Position numbers and translations under genes: made by a program
Shown: one piece after another, positions 33,665-38,858 of the stretch
Layout of the letters: each line of letters starts with the position of its first letter
How positions within the stretch are numbered: the first letter of the stretch is position 1
Origin: a virus
Taxonomy: Duplodnaviria; Caudoviricetes
IMG/VR virus record: IMGVR_UViG_3300036770_002623
Span: 1 to 38,858 of that record
Length of the DNA stretch: 38,858 nucleotides
Reading direction: 5' to 3' (one strand)
Notes under the pieces: generated by a model
What the model was told of the DNA's origin: nothing
What the model saw: only the letters and a program-made list of their open reading frames with translations
Databases searched by the model: none

Positions 33665-34737
33665 CAAACACCTGCCTTGCTGCGTTCAGCAGCAGTCCAA
33701 CCGGCCAAGAGCATTTCCTTCACGTTCTGCCACTGCAGCCCTGCTGCGAGTGCCAAAGCGCCCTTCTGGATCATTCGCGTGGAAGCCACACGGCGAATGG
33801 AGTGCTGCGAAATTTTCTCGCGCAGTTCCCAAACGAAATTCAGCAACTTCTGATCGTTGGTCAGTGACCGTTCGAACGCACGGTCATAGTCCATTTCGAC
33901 CACCATCCAACGGTCGAGCGTCGCTGCGTCGAGTTGGTTGCGACCAACGTACAACGCACCGGCTCCCGTGCCGTAGGTGTTCGCAGAAGCGATCAGCACC
34001 GAGTTCGGATCGCGGCGAACGTAAGTGTCGAGACCACCCGCAGCACGGGCCTCCACGTCGAAGCCGCCATTGGCAGTGGCTTGGTTGACCACCGTCAAGC
34101 AGTTCGGATCGAACGCATCGACCTCGTCGAAAAGGAACACGCCGCCAGAGGTGTATTCGCGAACGAATACGGAGGCCGTGTATTCGAATCGACCGCCCTC
34201 GCCAGTGGGCAGCAAGCGACCCACCAACTGGGCTTCAGAGACACCGGCAGAACCGCTGATCGAACCGAATGACTTGCCCAATGCCTTGGCGACGTTGTGC
34301 GCGAGGTGAGTCTTGCCGCAGCCTGCAGGGCCGACGAGCATGACGTTCATGCCTGCAGAGGCCAGTTTCAGCACGGTTTCGAAGACCGGATGCTGATGCC
34401 CTTCCAGTTCCACAACCGGACGGTCAGCGACCTTGACTTCGATGCGTCGAGCGGGTGCATTTGCCAGACGCTCATCGACGATCCGTTCGACTGCAGCCAC
34501 GTCCATCGACGAGCCTGCGAACTGGGCAGCGATAGCCTGCACCGCAGCGGCGAGGCTTGCCGCAGCATCGACGGCGGGAACCGGAGGGGTCGCGACAGGG
34601 AACACCGCATCGCCCTCGTACAGGGCTAGCAGCGCCTCGTCAGACATGTTCGGCGACTTGCCCTGACGCACGGCATGCATTTTCAGGTACGAACGATCCG
34701 CATCAGACAGCGGGAGCGAGAAATTGCGCTTGGACAT
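33664..34737 (-). CDS. MoxR/CbbQ/CobS-like AAA+ ATPase
   Basis: Walker A GPAGCGKT, Walker B FLFDEVD, ASANTYG.G...YVGRNQLDAATLDR, STR. Confidence 0.9.
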   Translation of the reverse strand: MSKRNFSLPLSDADRSYLKMHAVRQGKSPNMSDEALLALYEGDAVFPVATPPVPAVDAAASLAAAVQAIAAQFAGSSMDVAAVERIVDERLANAPARRIEVKVADRPVVELEGHQHPVFETVLKLASAGMNVMLVGPAGCGKTHLAHNVAKALGKSFGSISGSAGVSEAQLVGRLLPTGEGGRFEYTASVFVREYTSGGVFLFDEVDAFDPNCLTVVNQATANGGFDVEARAAGGLDTYVRRDPNSVLIASANTYGTGAGALYVGRNQLDAATLDRWMVVEMDYDRAFERSLTNDQKLLNFVWELREKISQHSIRRVASTRMIQKGALALAAGLQWQNVKEMLLAGWTAAERSKAGV

Positions 34738-34739
34738 GA

Positions 34740-35351
34740 TTAGCCCTCCACGTTGAGTGAGTTGATAGACGCGCAGACCGGGCAAGCCGATTCAGCGTGT
34801 AAACGATTCGCCTGCAAGGCAGAAACCCGAGCCGTCCAGTTGCAGGAACCGCACTGCAGTTTCAGCAGGCGAGTGCCCTGCTTCTTACGAGCGTTCGGGT
34901 CAACCTTCGCATGCGGGTACGAACCCAGTTGATTGACGATGCGCTCCAACTTGCCGCGCAGTTCGGCACTGGGAACCGTTGCGGTCATGGGACCGACAAG
35001 GCCAATGGCACGGCAGACACGGGCGAACTCGCCACGATGGCCGCACTGAATCCCTGCCCAGACATGCGCGAGTTCATGAGCCAGAACCGCGATCACATCG
35101 ACCGGCTTGTCGAGAATCGGGTTGATGAAAACCTCAAAGGTTCCATCAGCCGAAATGCTCGGATCGAAGGCTTGACCGAGCGTCACCTTGCCGGTGCGTG
35201 ATCCGCGATAGCCAATCGGGAAGCCGCAAGCGACCCGATACTTGCGTTGCTCCCATGAGATCGCATCGACAGCGGCGAGGGGGAAAATCTCGTGCTGCAG
35301 CATGACTGCAGCGGCGGCTAGCCATGACTCGCGTTCGTTGAACTTGACCAT
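34740..35351 (-). CDS. SprT-like zinc metalloprotease
   Basis: LAHELAH.....GH...F, C-terminal CxxC...CPxC. Confidence 0.8.
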   Translation of the reverse strand: MVKFNERESWLAAAAVMLQHEIFPLAAVDAISWEQRKYRVACGFPIGYRGSRTGKVTLGQAFDPSISADGTFEVFINPILDKPVDVIAVLAHELAHVWAGIQCGHRGEFARVCRAIGLVGPMTATVPSAELRGKLERIVNQLGSYPHAKVDPNARKKQGTRLLKLQCGSCNWTARVSALQANRLHAESACPVCASINSLNVEG

Positions 35352-35384
35352 GATTCTGTTCTCCATGTTGTCGGTATGTTGTGA

Positions 35385-35414
35385 AGTATAAACGCTGCGT
35401 TGTGTCGCAGTCAA
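35385..35414 (-). promoter_or_regulatory. sigma70 promoter (early)
   Basis: TTGACT-N18-TATACT. Confidence 0.7.
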
Positions 35415-35431
35415 CTTGTGTAAACGGTGAC

Positions 35432-35510
35432 GGTCTCGTCAGATGCCGCATGACGGCATGACATCCCGGCCTGTTGGCAATCAAGCCCGAAGGCGCGGGA
35501 TGTTTCGACC
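35432..35510 (-). ncRNA. Type II hammerhead ribozyme
   Basis: GGUC-GAA-ACAUCCCG...CGGGAUGU-C^-AUGCCG(UCAUG)CGGCAU-CUGACGA-GACC: complete catalytic core and three perfect helices. Confidence 0.9.
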
Positions 35511-35752
35511 TAGTTTCCAGTGGCCTTTTCGATAGCCTGTCTGGCAATGTTGTCGTATGTCTGCCATGCGACAGGCATTGCGTCGAAGTGCTTCTGGTAG
35601 GCATCGACGATGTCTTGCAGCGCGGCGCTGAGTGCCTGAATTTTTTCGTTTTTGCGCTTGATCTGCCTGTGGTAGTCGCGAAGGTCCTCTTGCATTTCGC
35701 TGATTTCTTGACGCAAGGCGTTGGTGTTGTTTCCGTAGATGTCGTAACTCAT
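35510..35752 (-). CDS. Hypothetical coiled-coil early protein
   Basis: CAGGAGAACAG RBS; ends AR.AI.KATG. Confidence 0.75.
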   Translation of the reverse strand: MSYDIYGNNTNALRQEISEMQEDLRDYHRQIKRKNEKIQALSAALQDIVDAYQKHFDAMPVAWQTYDNIARQAIEKATGN

Positions 35753-35764
35753 GACTGTTCTCCT

Positions 35765-36010
35765 GTTGTGTGTGACTCAGTGCAGCGTCCTCAGCGAGGG
35801 CGCTCTACTGAATCAAGGCTTCCCGGTAGATTGGGCATCGTCACACTGTCGGGCGACTCGCGAAATGTCGGTCATCGTCTTCAACCCTACGGCTACACCG
35901 ATGCTTTAGGCCGGATTCCCCTTGCGGGAACCGTCGGGCTGCTTGCGCTCATCCGACACCAGAACCTTTGTTTTTCACCTAGCGGCTTGGCCTGTCTGGG
36001 GGGCCAGTGC
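35765..36010 (-). ncRNA. Structured 5' leader / candidate ncRNA
   Basis: No plausible CDS between promoter and first gene; several hairpins, two GCAA tetraloops. Confidence 0.45.
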
Positions 36011-36015
36011 TGCGC

Positions 36016-36044
36016 ATTCTCCGGATTACATGACCACCTGTCAA
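36016..36044 (-). promoter_or_regulatory. Strong sigma70 promoter (first early promoter)
   Basis: TTGACA-N17-GAGAAT with an upstream A-tract. Confidence 0.75.
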
Positions 36045-36117
36045 CAACTTTTTTCGTTTACACGCACACACATTTACAGAACCACAATCAATTCAAGCAC
36101 TTACGAGCGAAAAAAAT

Positions 36118-36146
36118 TTGCGTCTAAACGGTGCGGAACGTAGGAT
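36118..36146 (+). promoter_or_regulatory. Putative sigma70 promoter for terS
   Basis: TTGCGT-N17-TAGGAT with an upstream A-tract. Confidence 0.55.
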
Positions 36147-36218
36147 TCGGTGAGCGATCATGGTCTATACATGATCAAAGATTAGCAATTACACGGTAAA
36201 ACAAGGGCAAAACGCACC

Positions 36219-36767
36219 ATGGCAGGCATGACAGATGAATACGGGTTGACTGCAAAACAGCGGAAATTCTGCGAGAACGTGATCAGCGGCATGAATCTCG
36301 CGGAGGCATACCGGAATTCATACGATGCGGAGAACATGAAGCCAGCCTCAGTGCAGAAGCGTGCAGCGGAACTGATGGTGGACGGGAAGATCAAGGGGTG
36401 CTTGCAGGCTCTAGCAGCGGTCAGGAGGCAGCAGAGTGAGGCTCTGACGATCTCTGACAGAGACATGCTCGTCTCCCTGCTCCGCAAGTGGTCGAAGGGT
36501 GACGAGTCTGCGACGAGTTCCCAGTTGCGTGCAGCCGAACTACTGGGCAAGGCATGCGGCCTGTACCGGGACGTTGTCGAGGATCACCGTGAGCGTCCCT
36601 CGACATTGGTAGCGGCTGAGTTGGAGGCAAGGCTAGCGTCTATGCTTCAGCCTTCGGTGCAGCCTCAGGCTTCCGCATCAGTTCCCAGTGAGAGCGCAGC
36701 GCCTTTGGAGCGTGTAAACGTAGCCGATTCGCATGATGACGCTGCGAGTTCCACCGTAACTCATTGA
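36219..36767 (+). CDS. terS: Terminase small subunit
   Basis: LT.KQ.KF......G.N..EAYR.SY, A.ELLGK..GLY; upstream of terL. Confidence 0.85.
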   Translation: MAGMTDEYGLTAKQRKFCENVISGMNLAEAYRNSYDAENMKPASVQKRAAELMVDGKIKGCLQALAAVRRQQSEALTISDRDMLVSLLRKWSKGDESATSSQLRAAELLGKACGLYRDVVEDHRERPSTLVAAELEARLASMLQPSVQPQASASVPSESAAPLERVNVADSHDDAASSTVTH

Positions 36768-36769
36768 TT
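36757..36769 (-). promoter_or_regulatory. IHF-binding consensus
   Basis: AATCAA-TGAG-TTA is an exact match to WATCAAN4TTR; a one-mismatch copy lies at 36091-36103 (+). Confidence 0.5.
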
Positions 36770-37046
36770 CTACAAGGGGTGTCGGGGTTAAGTCGCCGTG
36801 TAAACGAGGCGAAAAGCGAGGTGCCGACCCCCCTTTTTGCAGCGTGACGCACCATGGCTGGTATACATGCGATTCCGCTCCCACAATGCTGTACTTTTGT
36901 AACGTGTTGCTTTCACGCAACACACCCCCTACCCCTTGTTGTTCTATAGATCGGGGTAGTTCCAATGGTTCCCCGGAGATTTTTATAGAGAGAGGTTCCG
37001 GAGTCCCAGTCTGTAAAATTTTTTTATAAAAATTCCCCTCTACATA

Positions 37047-37075
37047 TTGACTTTCGGGATTAAATATGCTAAAAT
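37047..37075 (+). promoter_or_regulatory. sigma70 promoter for terL and the late operon
   Basis: TTGACT-N17-TAAAAT with extended -10 TG. Confidence 0.7.
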
Positions 37076-37249
37076 CGGAACAGTTTTTAGAGAAATGGAT
37101 ACACCCTGAGTTGGTCAGTGTGGGGTAGGGACACTCCAAAGGGTGTCCCCCCCGAGATAGGATGGTGAGGAGTGAGGGGGCTGGGTGTAGAATGCTCCAG
37201 AATATGCTGAAACGGGGGCTATTGTCCCTGCATTTTGAGGTTTTCAGTC

Positions 37250-38749
37250 TTGAACATCACTCCCGAAATCCTGAATAAAGTCAAACAGTTACCGTTTGAC
37301 CAGCAAAAAGAGATTCTGAAACTCCTAGACGAGTACGAATCCGCTAAATCCAAGGAAGAGTGTCGGGAAAAGTTCATTCCGTTCGTGCAAAGGATGTGGC
37401 CGGGGTTCATTTCGGGCAGACATCACCGGATCATGGGGGAGAAGTTTGAGGAAATCGCCTCGGGTAAGTTGAAAAGGCTGATCATCTGCATGCCGCCTCG
37501 GCATACCAAGTCAGAATTCGGGTCATATCTCTTTCCGTCATGGTTTTTGGGCAAGTTCCCACACAAAAAGGTCATTCAGACCTCACACACCGCAGAACTC
37601 GCAGTGGGTTTTGGTAGAAAAGTCAGAAACTTAGTGGATTCTGAGGACTACCACAGCGTTTTTCCGGATGTTGGACTCCGGGCTGACTCCAAAGCAGCAG
37701 GACGCTGGTCCACTTCCAAGGGTGGGGAGTATTTCGCTATCGGTATCGGCGGTGCGGTGACCGGAAAGGGTGCTGATTTGCTGATCATCGACGATCCCCA
37801 TGATGAACAAGAGGGTCAGTCCGCTGATCCCACCGTATTCGACCATGCTTACGAGTGGTACACCTCCGGTCCTCGCCAGCGTCTCCAGCCGGGTGGAGCC
37901 ATTGTGGTGATTTGTACCCGTTGGTCGAAAAGAGACTTGGTGGGTCAGGTGCTAAAAGCCTCTGCCATGCGAGAAGGGGTGGATGAATGGGAGGTCATTG
38001 AGTTCCCAGCCATCATGCCCTCAGGCCAACCCCTCTGGCCCGAGTTCTGGCCCCTTGCGGAACTGGAAGCCATCCGCAACGAAATCCCGATTCACAAATG
38101 GCAGGCCCAGTACCAGCAAGATCCCACCTCCGAAGAAGGCGCACTGATTAAACGCGAGTGGTGGAAGGTCTGGGAGGAGAGAAACCCACCGCAGTGTCAG
38201 TATTTGATCCAGTCATGGGACACCGCTTTCTTGAAAAAGGAACGTGCCGACTACTCCGCCTGTACCACTTGGGGGGTTTTTTACCATCCAGACCAGAATG
38301 GGGTCATGCAACCCAATCTCATCCTGATGGATGCCCTGAAGGAGAAGATGGAGTTCCCCACCCTGAAGAAACGGGCTTACGAACTCTATCAATACTGGAA
38401 ACCGGAGACCTTGATCGTCGAAGCCAAGGCTGCTGGAACCCCTTTGATTTTTGAATTGAGGGCGATGGGCATACCAGTCGCCGAATACACCCCCTCTCGG
38501 GGTAACGACAAGATTGCTCGTGTGAATGCGGTGGCGGATCTCTTTGCGAGTGGAAAGATCTGGAGACCACAGACCCGATTTGCTGAGGAAGTCGTAGAAG
38601 AATTTGCATCATTTCCCGCCGGGGAGCATGATGACTATGTAGACTCAGGAACGCAGGCTCTTCTGAGATATCGGCGTGGAGGATTTATTTCTCTGCAATC
38701 CGATGCTCAGGATGAACCCGTCTATAGACGTAAAGTGGAGTATTACTAA
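37250..38749 (+). CDS. terL: Terminase large subunit
   Basis: MPPRHTKS Walker A, LLIIDDP, TRW...DL.G, QYQQ.P, QSWDTA, VE.KA.G, FP.G.HDD.VDS. TTG start at 37250 after GAGG. Confidence 0.95.
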   Translation: MNITPEILNKVKQLPFDQQKEILKLLDEYESAKSKEECREKFIPFVQRMWPGFISGRHHRIMGEKFEEIASGKLKRLIICMPPRHTKSEFGSYLFPSWFLGKFPHKKVIQTSHTAELAVGFGRKVRNLVDSEDYHSVFPDVGLRADSKAAGRWSTSKGGEYFAIGIGGAVTGKGADLLIIDDPHDEQEGQSADPTVFDHAYEWYTSGPRQRLQPGGAIVVICTRWSKRDLVGQVLKASAMREGVDEWEVIEFPAIMPSGQPLWPEFWPLAELEAIRNEIPIHKWQAQYQQDPTSEEGALIKREWWKVWEERNPPQCQYLIQSWDTAFLKKERADYSACTTWGVFYHPDQNGVMQPNLILMDALKEKMEFPTLKKRAYELYQYWKPETLIVEAKAAGTPLIFELRAMGIPVAEYTPSRGNDKIARVNAVADLFASGKIWRPQTRFAEEVVEEFASFPAGEHDDYVDSGTQALLRYRRGGFISLQSDAQDEPVYRRKVEYY

Positions 38750-38858
38750 TGAAAGGTCGCACTGAAATGTCCGACAAGGCTGAGGCTCCTAAGAGCCGCA
38801 AGCAGCCGAAGGACAAACTCAAAGGTAAGATGTCGGGCATTGGCAAAGCGGCGATGGT
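38749..38858 (+). CDS. Small basic protein, 3'-truncated
   Basis: TAATG overlap with the terL stop, GGAG RBS; open to the window end. Confidence 0.55.
   Translation, partial: MKGRTEMSDKAEAPKSRKQPKDKLKGKMSGIGKAAM

Noticed and set aside
35780-35800. CUGAGGA on the minus strand as a second hammerhead core
   Set aside because: No compatible stem II/GAAA; the motif lies within a simple hairpin.
35474-36127. 217-aa plus-strand ORF
   Set aside because: Antisense to a promoter, leader, gene and ribozyme; no RBS or recognisable motif.
36678-37139. 153-aa minus-strand ORF between terS and terL
   Set aside because: Crosses promoter and homopolymer tracts, overlaps terS antisense, no motif.
1-38858. 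tRNA, integrase, reverse transcriptase/DGR, intein
   Set aside because: No cloverleaf, recombinase or RT motifs or TR/VR pair noticed by eye; terL and helicase are normal length.

Overview
This window is most of a lytic tailed dsDNA phage genome, podovirus-like and probably infecting a proteobacterium (sigma70 promoters, GGAG RBS, IHF-like sites). Plus strand 1-21 kb: a lysis cassette (holin, GIY-YIG endonuclease, GH24 lysozyme), tail/stabilisation genes, an EndoVII-type endonuclease, low-complexity internal virion (ejection) proteins, a 2503-aa polyvalent protein and a metallophosphoesterase. Minus strand 21-27.7 kb: NinB, small ORFs, a TPR-glycosyltransferase, SSB-like, Sak and exonuclease genes. 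Plus strand 27.8-30.6 kb: RusA, an AT-rich palindromic ori-like segment and a primase-helicase. Minus strand 30.7-35.8 kb: early genes including VWA-like, MoxR/CobS AAA+ and SprT-like. The window ends with terS and terL. Portal, capsid, DNA polymerase, integrase, tRNAs and CRISPR arrays were not seen. The most interesting signals are non-coding: (1) a complete type II hammerhead ribozyme (35432-35510, minus) between two early promoters; (2) a ~90-nt promoter-to-terminator sRNA candidate (21129-21218, minus) whose loop UCCUGUUCUC is complementary to a GAGAACAG RBS motif shared by several early and replication genes; (3) a highly structured ~250-nt early leader; (4) an over-represented TTTAAAC/GTNTAAAC motif, with inverted box+IHF modules flanking terS. 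All protein calls come from recognising motifs by eye; no searches were run.
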